Source: Lama glama
Taxonomy: Eukaryota
DNA length: 64,000 bases
Direction: 5' to 3'
NCBI GenBank assembly: GCA_028534125.1
Contig: CM052816.1
Span: forward strand, 22,880,001 to 22,944,000
Part shown: one piece after another, positions 1 through 12,377 of the stretch
Position numbering within the stretch: position 1 is the stretch's first letter
How the letters are laid out: each line of letters opens with the position of its first letter
Program-made: the position numbers and the translations under genes
Notes under the pieces: generated by a model
What the model saw: only the letters and a program-made list of their open reading frames with translations
The model's database searches: none
Told to the model about the DNA's origin: nothing

Positions 1-135
1 TCTATGACACTGCCATACACACATGAATTAAAATTTGTTTCTTTTTCACCTGTTAATCTGTTCTGTGTCAATTTTATTATTAATTCATCCATAAGAACTC
101 AAGAAGTGTAGAGGAAGAAATATCCCCTCTTGGAC
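1..135 (+). mobile_element. 3' end of an ERV1-type LTR
   Basis: tgttaatctgttctgtgtcaatttt...agaactcaagaagtgtagaggaagaaa...ca resembles the U5 end of MER34/MER39-class LTRs. Confidence 0.55.
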
Positions 136-1329
136 AGTAACCACATAAAAATGTATGTGCATATTTATTGAGAATACTGAATTAGATGAAACTGACTAAC
201 ACTGCCACTCCTCTTGCCCCAGGGTAAGACATTGTTTCCAAACAAAAAGGAAATGTGAGCTAAAAGGGTGAAGTGACTGGTTTTTTAAGCAGAGAACAAC
301 TTGTGCTTTTAGATACCCATGCCAAAGAGATGGCCATGTTCATAAACCACAAGTAGTGTACTATAGCTAGAATAACAGTCTGCAAACCTGATATGGGTAT
401 TGCTGGCAGAGTATTTAGACTTTGAAAGCATATGAACACATGGTAAATATTAAGGGATTTAAGATCCTCAATTCTCTAAAGTTGTTTTCAGAAAACAGAT
501 GTGCCTGAGAAAGGCCCCATGGTGAATGGAGAACTGGGGCATAATGGCCTATGTTGGGATGCTCTAACTTTCAATATATCGTATAGTGGAGCAGAGGGAA
601 TACTGACAATTTTCGTAAAAAAAAAAAAGATCTTGCTGCTTCTCTTATTAGGCTTTCTAAAAAATATATCACTACTGAGGGAGAGAATTAGTAAGAAATA
701 TGGAAACCAGCAGGACTTTAATTTGTCCTATGACAAACCCAGGGCAAGGTTCTGTGCCTTGCCCATGTATCTTAGAATGCGATTTTCCCAGACCTGTATA
801 AAGCAGGGAGTTAATACTCAATCTCAATACTGAATTCTCAGTAAGAAAATGCTTGGAGAGAACTCTCATGCATCAGTGTCTTATATGTTCTGCATAATGG
901 TTATCATAAAGAGGTTAAATATTCTACTTTTACTTCCAGCAGATATGTGTTGCATTTTCAAATGTAAAAAACCTTACAAAAGAGGCTAGTTGAGGTCCCC
1001 TAACTCACAAGTTCAAATAATTGAGTGACTCTGGATTAATAAAATTTCTTCCATTCCCTCAATTTATCCATGAGAATGAAACTTCTCAGCTAATACATCT
1101 ATACAAAGAAAAGCAAATGCCATTCATACATTTAAGGGACGTGTTTCCAATAAACTATTAATTTTTAAGTTGGATATTTACTATCCAAATGTCCAATACA
1201 TACTGTTTTGATTAAATATTTACGAATAATAGCTGTATTCCTAGCTCAATTCAGAATAAGTATTTTAACTCTTTAAATGTTTAGTCACAGGAAACTCAAA
1301 AATCAATTTCAATGTTTAAATGTATTTTT

Positions 1330-1620
1330 GTTGGAGAGGCACAAAAATGGATGAAGTCACCTGGCCATGAGGGGACGGAGAGAAAAGAGTGACAAGAGAA
1401 ACATTACTGAGAGAAGGCCAAGAAGGAACAGAGCCATAAAACTTAATGGTGACAAAAGCTAGAGAGGTAGCAGGCAAATTACAAGACAGAGCTCGGGATT
1501 TAGCTATTTTAAGAAGAAGGAGAAAATACTTATAATCAAATACTACTGTGAGCAAAGTAAGATAAGAACTGAGCTTTATCTATTGGATTTAGTAGCAAGG
1601 AGGTCACAGGTCATTTTTTA
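1330..1620 (-). mobile_element. L2 LINE fragment
   Basis: gtaagataagaactgag...ttggatttagtagcaaggaggtca is typical antisense L2 ORF2 sequence. Confidence 0.55.
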
Positions 1621-2959
1621 AGGAAAAAATGATACTTTAGTATTAGTGCCCCAAAACATGAAGGATCTTATCCAATATAACCATTAACAGGGATTTATTT
1701 TTATATGAGACTTACATCATAATCTCTGTGCATCCCCTGCAGTTCCTATAATAGAAAACATTGTTTTAGCCTAAAGGAATCTAGCAACAAATTGTCTTAT
1801 TTTTCTGAATATTTTTGTAGTATTAAGCCATGGTTGGAAGTCTTAATTCCCTAGTCTTTCATAACAATGGTTTATATTTAGCTTATACATTGTCCTTGAC
1901 TAATTTTAATAACAACTTATATTAAAGAAAAACAATGGTGTATGCTTAGACATTAAGGAAATAGTGGAATTCACTGTTTTTAAGACTCTCTGGTAAAAGA
2001 CTTTTAGTGTATTATTGGAAAACGTAGTTTTAAAAGAGCTCTAAACTAAAAAAAAAACAGAGCAACTATTGATTCTGCTGAAAATATCCTAAATTTCAGT
2101 AGTGAATTTTTAAGAGTATATACTTCAGAGATACTGGAAACTGCTTTATTTTCTTTCTACTAGTTGGTATAAAAATGTACATTACTTGTAAACATGTTGA
2201 ACAAACTTTGTTTTTAAATTGCAGAAATTCACTATTATGTATCAAAATTTCTCAGGATCTACTTTTCTATACAGACTATGAACAAAATAAATCATAATTT
2301 CACTCATAGCTATCAAAGGCATTCCTTTGGATTTAATTGACAAATTAAAGTAGAAGCTCCTGTCAAAACAGAGACAAAATTTGTTTGACCTGCAAAGACA
2401 TTTTAACAAATATTCGACTTGAATGTTTTGAGGTTGGGACATGCTCTCTAGCCTGATGGACTGCTGTACCCACTGGCTTCCACCCTGGTCTGTCAACTCA
2501 CTTACCAGCCTCACCGTGAAGGTTTTAAGTCTTCATCCCAACTTTAGATCTCTAATCTTGCCATACTGAGTAAAATATAGGCCAAAGGCAGGGAATTTTT
2601 AACCTGTACATCCAGATATATGTATTAAGAAATCTATTTTCGTTTGCCATCCTGGGTTTATATATTCCAGATCAATAGTGATTTGACAAGAATTCAAACT
2701 ATGAGATGTGGCTGTGTAATCTGTTTAACAGAAATTATTAACAACTAGTGCCTGGTTTACCAACACTTCTTTTTGTCCTCCCAGCATGACGTACTTGAGG
2801 GATAAGACAGTGGCAGAGCAACAGAACAGCTTGATGCCTGCCCAGAGTTATTGAGCTCTGAGCACCAGACAGAACTTGACTAGGTAATGTCTACAGCACA
2901 ACCTAGAACAGTAATCTAGGTAGAGCAGCTGCATGTTAGTAAATATTTCTATTTTTAAA

Positions 2960-3660
2960 TCAATATTTTATTTTAGAATAATTTTACATTTACAGAAAAA
3001 TTATGAAGACAGTACAGAGTTCTCAGACTCAATTTCTCCTATTAATAATATCTTACATTGGTATGGTGTGTTTGTCAGAGTTAATGAATGAATACTGATA
3101 CATTATTATTAACTAAAATTCTTACTCTACTGGGATTTTCTTAGTTTTTACCTAATGTGCTTTCCCTGCTCCACGATCCCACTCATGACACTATTTTACG
3201 TTTAATCACTGTGTCTCACTGAGCTCCTCTTAGTTGTGACAGTTCCTTGGACTTTCCTTGTTTTTGATGACCTTGGTAATTATGAGACATACTGGCCAGG
3301 TATTTCGTGGACTGTTTTTCTCATGATTAGACTGGGGTTACTGGATTTGGGAGGAAGACCCACAGAAGGTGAGATCTGTCTATTCTCCCCCAAGTGATTT
3401 ACTTATTCGGTTATCTGTTCATATCAGCATGGAGTCATGAATATTTATTCTATATGTTATAATGCAATATTGCTTTATCTTGTTGCTCAGTTTTCCAGCT
3501 TTGACCATCAAGAGCTTTTTCAGTCAAGCCTGTGCCACTTTAACATACCTCCAACACTACGGGATCGGTTGGTTGGTTGACTGATTTTTTTAGCATTTCC
3601 TTACTTTCTGGCACGACAAGATGCTCCAGGAGTATCTTGTCTATTTCCTGCCATAGGTAA
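2960..3660 (-). mobile_element. L1MC-type LINE 3' end
   Basis: ttttagaataattttacatttacagaaaaattatgaagacagtacagagttctc...gatacattattattaactaaa matches the antisense L1MC 3' UTR. Confidence 0.75.
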
Positions 3661-3684
3661 ATCTTTATAAATGAGTCTCCAGTG

Positions 3685-4134
3685 AGGAAAAAGCCTCAAT
3701 TTCTGACATTTGCTGATTTCCATGTTATAAATGCTCCACTGTTGCCAGTTTCCAGCTACCAGCATGACGTCGCCGACCAGAGAGCTGGGTAGTGGCAGGC
3801 AGCAGCACACCATTACACTGTATTTCTACCATTTAGCTGCAAAGGACCTCAACAACCTCAGGAGCACAGGTAATATAAAACGTAGTAAATAACTCAGAAA
3901 AGAAACCTTTTTATGAAAAATTGTGCTGAACACTGGAATTTGACACAACATTGTAAAATGATTATAAATCAATAAAAAAAGAAACCTTTTTAGTATTTGT
4001 TACACTTGTATAATCTGTTAAATTGTAAGCTTATAAAGTTTAATTTTTAATAATGGCTATGTTTAATAACAGGATCACAAAATTCCTGGAAATTTAACAA
4101 CTGGCTCTTGCAAGTCAACTGTGGCATACCACTG
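3685..4134 (-). mobile_element. MER63-like hAT DNA transposon
   Basis: Ends in aataatggctatgtttaataacagg...aaaattcctggaaatttaacaactggctcttgcaag...ccactgg, as in the MER63 terminus. Confidence 0.7.
3914..3976 (+). mobile_element. Ultra-short L1 3' tip (63 bp) with a perfect 16-bp TSD
   Basis: aaaagaaaccttttta at 3898-3913 and 3977-3992 flanks a sequence matching the end of the L1 3' UTR seen at 52370-52415. Confidence 0.85.
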
Positions 4135-5439
4135 GACCAGATCTTAGGCAAGAAGGCAGGATTCATTATAATTATGATGACAATCATGAAGAAAAAGAAG
4201 CAAGAGGAGGAGAAGGAAGAGAAACCAGTTTGAGACATGCTCGTGTTACCAGTAATGAGTAAGCACTTCGCATACATAGCTGTTTAATTTCACAAATAAT
4301 CCCATGGGACAAAGAGAAGTAAGGAAAAGCTGAGGACTTACAGGGCCAGAGAATGAGTATCACAAAAAATAATCTTCATAAATCAGATGTACTTTTTCTT
4401 TTTTAAAAATTCCCTTTCATATTCCCTCCTTATATCCCAGATTTATAATACATGAAAGCAGGGGAAATATATCTTCACTTTAACATTTTGATAATTCATA
4501 AGCTCCACTTACAAGTTTTTCTTTTATTAAAGGCAAAGAGGGACAAATAATTGATTACTTTGACAGATTCAGGGGGAGGTGAGGGGTATGGAAAACACAA
4601 GCTGTCATAAAAAATAAACATGATCAGTAATTACATTCAGGTAATTCAATTTTATTAAATTATAGCCAATAATCGATCATAATACTAAATGCCATTTGGG
4701 CCACTTTATGAAATTAAAACAGTCTTCAGTCATTTAAAATGTAAGATTTCATGCCACACTTCACTAAAAGCTTTGGTGAAGTTTGCTGGAGCTGGCATTT
4801 TAAGTGGAGTTAGCAAGTGCCACATAAAAGAAGGATAAAGTAAAGATAGTGAAACCATCTGAAGTTTCTTCACTTTTAAAAGTATATAAGATGTTATTGC
4901 AATATTACTGGTAAATGAATTATCAAACAGCTACTCTCTACGTAAAACATTATTTGAAAACAAACTCCTTCATATTAATACTTCTACTGCAATACTGACT
5001 GTGCTAATTGCACAAAAAGCCATTTCTCAAGATAATCAAAAAAGAAAGTCTTGAGTGTAAATGTCGAAAAGCCAATGGTGTCCTGAGTGTAACCTCCAAT
5101 GACAATGACGTCTCCTATCATGAGGGAGGGCTGCCATGCAGGGTAGCCAGAAGATGCTTCAGGATATGGTGAGCCTTCATAACTCCTCCTCCCATTATGC
5201 CATCCTGATTTTCAACCTTAGAGATCAGCATTTATTTGGATAGATGATTTCCTGTCTTCACCAAGGATTTCACAGTAAAATACTCATTAAAAGATTCTTT
5301 ATAAAAATTAATGGATTGTTAATAAATATACTTGTGATTTTAAATGTGATCATTTCGACTCCTTAATCTGTAATAAGGAAATTTATATTACACCAACAAT
5401 CCCTTGGATAGTCTACTTTGAAGATAGTCTACTTGGAAG

Positions 5440-5650
5440 GCTGCACCTTCCAAGATGGTTGTCACAAGCCATAGGTGGCTACTGTGTGCATGGAATGTGG
5501 CTAATGTCACATGCTGGAATAATAATATTTTGAATATATCAGGTAAGTTAAAATATATTATCAATTTTGCCTGCTCCTTTTTAAATGTGGGTACTAAAAC
5601 ATTTAAAATTATACACAGAGCATACTTTATATTTCTACCATATAGCACCA
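5440..5650. mobile_element. MER3/MER33-like hAT-Charlie element
   Basis: agccataggtggctact...gaatgtggcta...taaaatatattat...aatgtgggtactaaaacatttaaaattatac. Confidence 0.65.
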
Positions 5651-5834
5651 GTAAGCTGCACCTACTCAAATCACAAGCCATAAAGAAGAGGTTTTCGATA
5701 TTTAGAGTAAACAGGGAGCAAATGTTTCCTCTCAGAGGTGGGCTCCCTGAGAGTAGGATGCTGTCTCCACAGAGGAAGCCACCTGGCACGGTTGAAAGAA
5801 GGGACTTCATCATTAAGGGGCTGGGGATGAATGT

Positions 5835-6030
5835 CGTCTTCCACTTAAGAACTGTGTGGCCCTGGACGAGTTATTTAATCTCTCTAATTCCTCTCCCTTC
5901 TCTTTGGTAAAAAGATGATGATATTATTTTTATCCTAGGATTGTTCTGAGGAATAAATGAAATAATAGCTATGCAGAGCACATAAGCTGTTGCCCCAGTA
6001 CACAATGAGCACAAAATAAATGCTATCTAT
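5835..6030 (+). mobile_element. MIR SINE
   Basis: ctgtgtggccctggacgagttatttaatctctct...ggattgttctgaggaataaatgaaataat matches the MIR core. Confidence 0.7.
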
Positions 6031-6311
6031 GTTGCTGATTTTCTGATTATCATGATTATTGACATACATAAACCTAGACACCTACAGGGGATAGACACTG
6101 ATAGATAACGATACACACCTAGGGTGAAAAACATAAAATGCACAGCAAACATATTCTTTAAACACCAGCCATGTGTCAAGCACTGTGCTCGATACAATAC
6201 AGATTCAGTAGTTTAAAAAAAAAAAAAAAAGCAAACATAATCCCAGAGAGCAGTTTGGTGTAGAATGAAGCAAAGGGGTTTACTTATTAAGATATGAGAA
6301 AGGCACTTTTC

Positions 6312-6366
6312 TTTAAAAGTATGTAGTCTATAAATGTTTTTAAAAGTATGTAGTCTATAAATGTTT
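6312..6366. repeat. Tandem duplication, 2 x 27 bp
   Basis: taaaagtatgtagtctataaatgttt starts at both 6314 and 6341. Confidence 0.9.
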
Positions 6367-6466
6367 ATATTCTATAGACTATAATGAGCGAGAAAGTAAA
6401 GATCGTTTCACTAAAAACTGTTAAAAGTTTTTTAGTTTAATCAACTATTTGAAGTTAATAAACAAA

Positions 6467-6567
6467 AATATGAAAACGCATATATGTACGTATATGCATG
6501 ACTGAGACATTGTGCTATGCATCAGAAATTGACACATTGTATCTGATGGTACTTCAATTAAAAAAAG
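6467..6567 (+). mobile_element. Short L1 3' UTR tip
   Basis: atatgaaaac..tatatgta...tgactgagacattgtgcta...cagaaattgacacattgt...cttcaattaaaaaaa, homologous to 52320-52415. Confidence 0.8.
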
Positions 6568-7683
6568 TAAACAAACATTTAACAGCTAAATGTGACCCAT
6601 TTTTATAATTTTAAGGAGTAAAATAACTAGATAGACACTTCTTAAATAACAAAGAACTTATTAAGGAAATCTTCATAATTTAAGCAATCCTATAGGAAGA
6701 AAGATGGCTTTCTATTTATTTTACTCAGTGGAAGCTCCTGTAGAATTAGTGTACTGAAACTATACTTATTTGTATTAATTAATGTTTTAATAAACTAAAA
6801 TTGTACTTTAAAGTTAGTAAGACAGGTGAAAGTCTGCTAAACACTTTGCTAACAGAACAATAAGTATAAATCTTACCATTAGTTTAAGATTAACTGAAAA
6901 TTATCAGATCCCCTTCAATGGTCTCAGGAGGTTTTGTCCTTTGAGAAGGGAATATAATTTTCTTATAAATGGGCAAAGGCCATTTCAGATTTTCTTGGAG
7001 ACCATTAATATCACATTACTGGACAATTTTGCTTTTAGTGTGGCTAAAAGGTGAAAGGAGAAAATAGATCTTGGAAATGTCAATAGGGTCTTCCCAATTT
7101 CTAGAGTTGCAAGCAGGCAGTAATCAGTTCTCTTATGATGGAATGAAGATTAAAGGCTTTTAATAATTTTTTTTGCTATAAAGCTATCAACATAGTCAAA
7201 GACTTCAGGAAGATAAAAGTACTTCAAAAATTAAAGATAATTCATGTAAGTCCAGATGAACTAGATGAACTAGCATGGAGGAAGAGGATTTTCTCATGGC
7301 TACCCATATCAGTGACTCCTGAGAGTGCTAAGATTAAGAATTATTGGATCTTGAGTATTTTTTTAAAGAGGTACAACTATCACAATCATTTTAAATGACC
7401 TCTTTAAAATTTTTCAATGTCTATAGTCCCTTTTTTCCCAAAGAATTTTTATAACTCACAAATCTTAAAGGTTAACATAAACACTTACTTTAAGGCAAGT
7501 ACTCTGCTAGGTCAATACACCCCTAGGAAGTAGATGCTTCTGTTATATGCAACTCTACTATGAGAAAGCTGGGACATAAAGAGGTGCGGTAATGAGTCCA
7601 GCTACCAGAGCTGGCATATGAAGCCTGTAGTCCAAACAGGCTAACTCCAGAGCTCAACTTGAACTATTAGAAACCTTACTATA

Positions 7684-7889
7684 GACCGGTACATATAAAA
7701 TACATAATCAAGTTTATATTGTATAGCACAGGGAAATATGTTCAGTATCTTTTAGTAGTTTACAGTGAAAAAGAATATGAAAATGAATATATGTATATTC
7801 ACGTGTGACTAAAGAATTGTGTTGGACACCAGAAATTGACACAACATTATAAACTGACTGTACCTCAATTAAAAAAGAAAAAAGAAAGA
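7684..7889 (+). mobile_element. 5'-truncated L1 3' UTR with a 15-bp TSD
   Basis: Homologous to 52235-52415. TSD agaaa(c/t)cttactata at 7669-7683 and 7890-7904. Confidence 0.85.
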
Positions 7890-7911
7890 AGAAATCTTAC
7901 TATAAATTAGC

Positions 7912-8455
7912 TTAACAGATTCTCAGACTCCTGCCCAAGAAAGTCAATTCATGAGGCCTAGAGACAGGCCCAATAACACGCCTCCTCTTTACGGTGTAAT
8001 ATAGTGTTGCTTTTGTTTTCCCAACACTGTCTTGACTTAGTTTTGAGGTTCTAACTAGAGGCCAGTCATCGCCTTTTCCTGAGCAGATGATTAAGTCTAC
8101 ACTCCAATCATTCCCCTTATTCGAGCTCACACTCTGGGCCACTGAACACCTACCCTAACTGTTCCAGGGCCAGGTACTGGACAGTGTGACAGAGGACCAA
8201 AGCCCTGGAGCCCCCGAAATTATTCTAATTAGCCAGTACACGTGGGGCCTGCAAACCTAGCTAACCCCACCCCACTTGTCATAGGGAAGCTGCCCTCTAC
8301 TGCGGCGGTTTGCTGTCACCCTGTCCAAGCATGTAACCACCATGCACCCTGCGTGGCAGCCCTCTCTGTAAGTGACAAATGAGTTCTGCCTTCATCTATC
8401 CAACTTTCACTGTGCTGTGTCTCACCATCAAAAGAACCTTTAAATTTTACGAGAC
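7912..8455 (+). mobile_element. ERVL LTR (MER74/MER73-like)
   Basis: ctctgggccact...ccagggccaggtac...gagcccccgaaattattctaattagcca resembles the MER74 group; an ERVL-type internal sequence follows. Confidence 0.6.
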
Positions 8456-9430
8456 AAACGGCTCTGTGAATAGGATGGCATGGCCTGATCACTGACTCTT
8501 TAATAGCTTCCTGGGGGTCTGCCCTTGGTTTACGAATTGGTTCTAAAGCACCCTAAGAGTGGCTTGGACCCAAACTTGAGCTTCCACTCCAGCCTTGTTG
8601 CTACTGCTGTATCTGCCAGGGGTGGCTGCCAAGTCTCTCTGCAGGAATATTCAAAACAAGCAGTGCTAACTGGCTAAACTCCAGGGACTCAGACTAGTCC
8701 AGGTGGGGTCCACCTTAGGGCAACAGAAGGATAAGCCTCTTGAGCTTCACTTTCCTGGGTCAGGACATTTTATACAGGACCTAATTAATGAGCAAATTAT
8801 TAACTCTACTCCTTTCGCATTTGACAGCTGATTTTACCTGTTCTTCAATCTAAAAAAGTAAGTGGTACTTCTTGGTGGATTACTACCATCTTAATGCTTG
8901 GTCCCACTCATGAAGGCCCCAGACCCAATACCCAGTATTATCAAAATTATTAACCTCATGGAATTAACAACTGTAGATACGTTGCTATTACAGATTTGGA
9001 TAATATGTTCTGTTAGGTGACTAGTTCAAATACATGTTCGTCACAGTTCACCTTCATGTCTGAAAGGACACAACGCACCTGTACTCGGCTACGTTGGAGG
9101 ACCTCAACAACCCTGTCATCACACAGCCTTCACAGAAAAGATCTTACTGCATCTGTCTTTCTCCAAGAGCACAGGGATAACAGTACATAGATGACACCCT
9201 TCCCCAGGATTTTCGAATCACGTGCTTATTAAGGACGTACAAGTCAACTACCTTTTAGCTCTTCTAGGGGTTCCGGAGGCAATCTATTCCTCACAAATTT
9301 TACTTCATCTTAGTGATACTGCTATTCATGAACCAGTCCACTTTAAATGGAGCCCACTCCAGGAGAAGGCACTGGAACCTGCCTACATTAAAAACAACAG
9401 GTGTTCCCATTAGTGCCCTCAGAGGGAACT
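8456..9430 (+). mobile_element. Decayed ERVL internal region with reverse transcriptase remnants
   Basis: Frameshifted RT motifs KWYFLVDYYHLNA (8860-8898), YVAITDLDNMFC, SQFTF, QYIDDT (9181-9198) and FKWSPLQEKALE (ORF 9222-9413). Confidence 0.75.
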
Positions 9431-11103
9431 TCACTGTAAAGCTCCCTATCAGGCCCCTTGAAGTCTCTGTCTCGGGACCTAAGGTCAAGTGTTTCACTAG
9501 CCATAGTCCCTCAGGCTCTTGGAGAAAAGAGTGTATCAGATTCCTGGCTCATATTTATACATATGAGATCAAAGAAAAGTCATAGGAGGCCATTTGAAGC
9601 CTGAAGTATGAGGCAAAATGTAGAGGGACAGTCCAATTTACTCTGTTAGTAACCGAATTGGGGTGAAGGGATAAGGACAGACTCAAACCTTTATCTTTTA
9701 GCTCTGTGCAAAGGGAGAATAAAGGTAAGAGAGAATAGGAACAAACGTACTATTGGAAGGACTTTGAAATAGTAAGAGATAGGGGCCTAAAACAAGAAAA
9801 CAACAGTGGAGTTGTTAAGTAAACATTTGCAAGCTAGACTCTAATCAACTGAATGTGAGAATTCCAGAAAAAATATCTGTGAAATATCAGATATCTAGCA
9901 AGATAAACTATGTGGATGGTAACAACTGTCAATCACAGTGGAAGAGCAAAGGTCCTTTTCTAAGTTTCTTGAATTAAGCTCTAAGATTTTGTCTTGTCCA
10001 AAAAGTGGGGGAGGAGCTCCTTAAATGATTATCAAGATGGGCTGTTCTGTTAAACTTGACCATGTGGAGGCCAAACAGCAGGTGATACATTTAGAAAAGA
10101 AAAAACGGTGATGGTTCACATACCTCATTATATTACTTCTTTGAGAACTTACATTAAGCCACTAGATTTACCAATTATGGGGTCTCTGATAAAACAGTAA
10201 AGTTAGTTTCAACATAATGTACTTCTCTGGTGGCAGGTGGGGGCTGTTTATGCTAGGCATTTGTCATGTAGAGTAGGCTGCCTTTTAATAAAGGTTGATG
10301 GCACAGTGAAGTTGAGAGCATAAAGTGTAAGATAACAAAAATGTTACTGTTTGTTTGCTTAGGACTCATTTTAAAATGGAGAGAAAGAAGCCACAAGAGA
10401 AGGAAGCACATTAAATACAGAGGAAAATTGGTGTATTCCAGGAGAAAGCATCTGGTACAGAGGATTTTTAATTCATTTATCAAATTTTAAGTTTCAGCAG
10501 AGTCCTACTGTAACCATATGAAACAATCTTAAAGAAAAGGCCAGACAGTTTTGTCTGGCTCTTAAGTGAAATTTCAAAAAATAATAATGCAAATAGGATA
10601 ATATATAAAAGCAGACAGAAATATTTTGACGAATAATCATTTTGGTTGCTCTGAAGTAATTCAGATTACCAATGAAGATCTCACTGATGTATGTAAGAAT
10701 CACTAGCAAAGAAAGTATCATTGAGTATTTTTTTTTTACAGTAAGAATAATGGTAGAAACAGTCACTGGCCTGAATTGTTAACTAAACAGAAAAAATTAT
10801 TGAAGCTGGTGAACCAAAATAAACTATTTTAAAATACAGTAATTCACTGCTGGTGATGAAAGAACTGCATTCATAAGGAAGGGCTGTAAAATACTTTTAT
10901 GACATCAGTGCTACCATTTAATCAGAAAAAAAAAATGAAAGAGGAATAGCATATACACATATGTGGAAGCAGGAGAACAGAACTTTCCAAGATAGAGAAA
11001 GAAACCATTTGAACCAAATTTGGAATGAGTACAGCATATTAATGGAAAAGCAAAGGGACAAATCAGTGAGGAATTGAGTTTCATAAATAGGATAGGGTTA
11101 GAT

Positions 11104-11322
11104 CAGTGGCTCTGAGCCAGGGGCAATTTTACACCTCCAAGGGACATTTGGTATTGTGTTTGGAGACGTTTTTTGGCTGTCACAACTGGACAGGACTCCA
11201 AGAATTTAGTGGGATGACGTCAAGTTTGCTGCTAAACATCCTACAATACACAGGACAGCCTCCCAGAACCGAGACTTATCCAGGCCAAAATGTCAATAAT
11301 GCCAAGGGTGAGAAACCCCAGT
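11104..11322 (+). mobile_element. MER20 hAT-Charlie DNA transposon
   Basis: cagtgg...ggggcaatttt...ggacatttgg...tgtcacaactgg...gctaaacatcctacaatacacaggacagcc...caaaatgtcaataatgccaagggtgagaaacc, apparently full length. Confidence 0.85.
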
Positions 11323-11953
11323 CTAGATTAATTAGAGGAGTTTGGTTTGTTAGACAAGGAAGCAAAGAGCCACTGAAGGTGTTTGATCAGCTGGTGGCAC
11401 AATGAAATCTTGCTAAGAATGATGGGACTAGAAGTGAGATGAAGATGAGTGAGGACAGGGAAGCAGGGGCCAGGGGACACAGATGTGAGGAAATACAGGA
11501 GAAATATGGAGTGGCTCCTGGGAAACGAAGGGGTAGAGCTCAACAAGAGTGATACTCCAATTAAAAACATCTCACAGGACTTGAACTTTCCTAAAACCCG
11601 AGTCCATATATGATTGATTTACCTCTGATGTGATCCCTTAGCAACAGTTAAGAAAACAAAACTATGAAATAATGATGGGGCTTACATAAGCACTATTCTC
11701 ACCTCTGTTTCTATGTGCAAAGAAATGGAGGTAAAAAGGGAAAAGCAGCATTGGATTTCAGAGTGAAACTTAAGTTTCTTTTAATAAGAATTTTAAATCA
11801 GTGAAAATATTTCCAGCATAAATGAACTGCTGAATAACTGGCTTACAAGAAGTCGTCAGAAAAGATATGAGAAGACAAGCAGTCAAAATAAATTAATATC
11901 TGAGTTGATCCTGACTACCACTCCAGAAATGAATACCAAATAGAATGGTTCTA

Positions 11954-12106
11954 TATCTTGTAGTAACTTATGGTGAAAAAGAATATGAAAACAAATATAT
12001 GTATGTTCATGTATGACTGAAGCATTATGCTGTACACCAGAAATTGATACATTGTAAACTGACTATACTTTAATAAAAAAGAAATATATGTATATGCACA
12101 CACTCA
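11954..12106 (+). mobile_element. 5'-truncated L1 3' UTR with a 17-bp TSD (2 mismatches)
   Basis: Near-identical to 52296-52415. Flanked by caaatagaatggttcta (11937-11953) and caaataaaatggctcta (12107-12123). Confidence 0.85.
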
Positions 12107-12149
12107 CAAATAAAATGGCTCTAAATATTTTCGAAAAGGATGCATTGAT

Positions 12150-12340
12150 TACTGAACACCACTGTGGATTAACTATGGCAAAGGTAACTAAATCAGAGGA
12201 AGTTTTTTGAAATACTTCATCTTGATTTATCAAAGCATTTATGAAAATTTCTCCTGAGTCTTCTGGACAAAATGGAGAAATGTGGCTTACTGCTGCACAC
12301 AAAGTTTCAACTGATTATAGGGACAAATCAAAACTAAGAA
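12150..12340 (+). mobile_element. L3/CR1 LINE RT fragment
   Basis: catcttgatttatcaaagcattt...gacaaaatggagaaatgtggctta encodes a decayed LDFSKAFD...DKMEKCGL. Confidence 0.55.
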
Positions 12341-12377
12341 AATATAATAGGTGTACATTTAAAATTTGGTATTAAGG

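Noticed and set aside
5388..5910. Overlapping 141-aa and 151-aa ORFs
   Set aside because: They run through MER3/33 and MIR repeats and resemble no protein I recognise.
6900..7350. Possible very old LINE RT remnant (minus strand, VFDYVD-like)
   Set aside because: It rests on a single short motif, which is too weak to call without a profile search.
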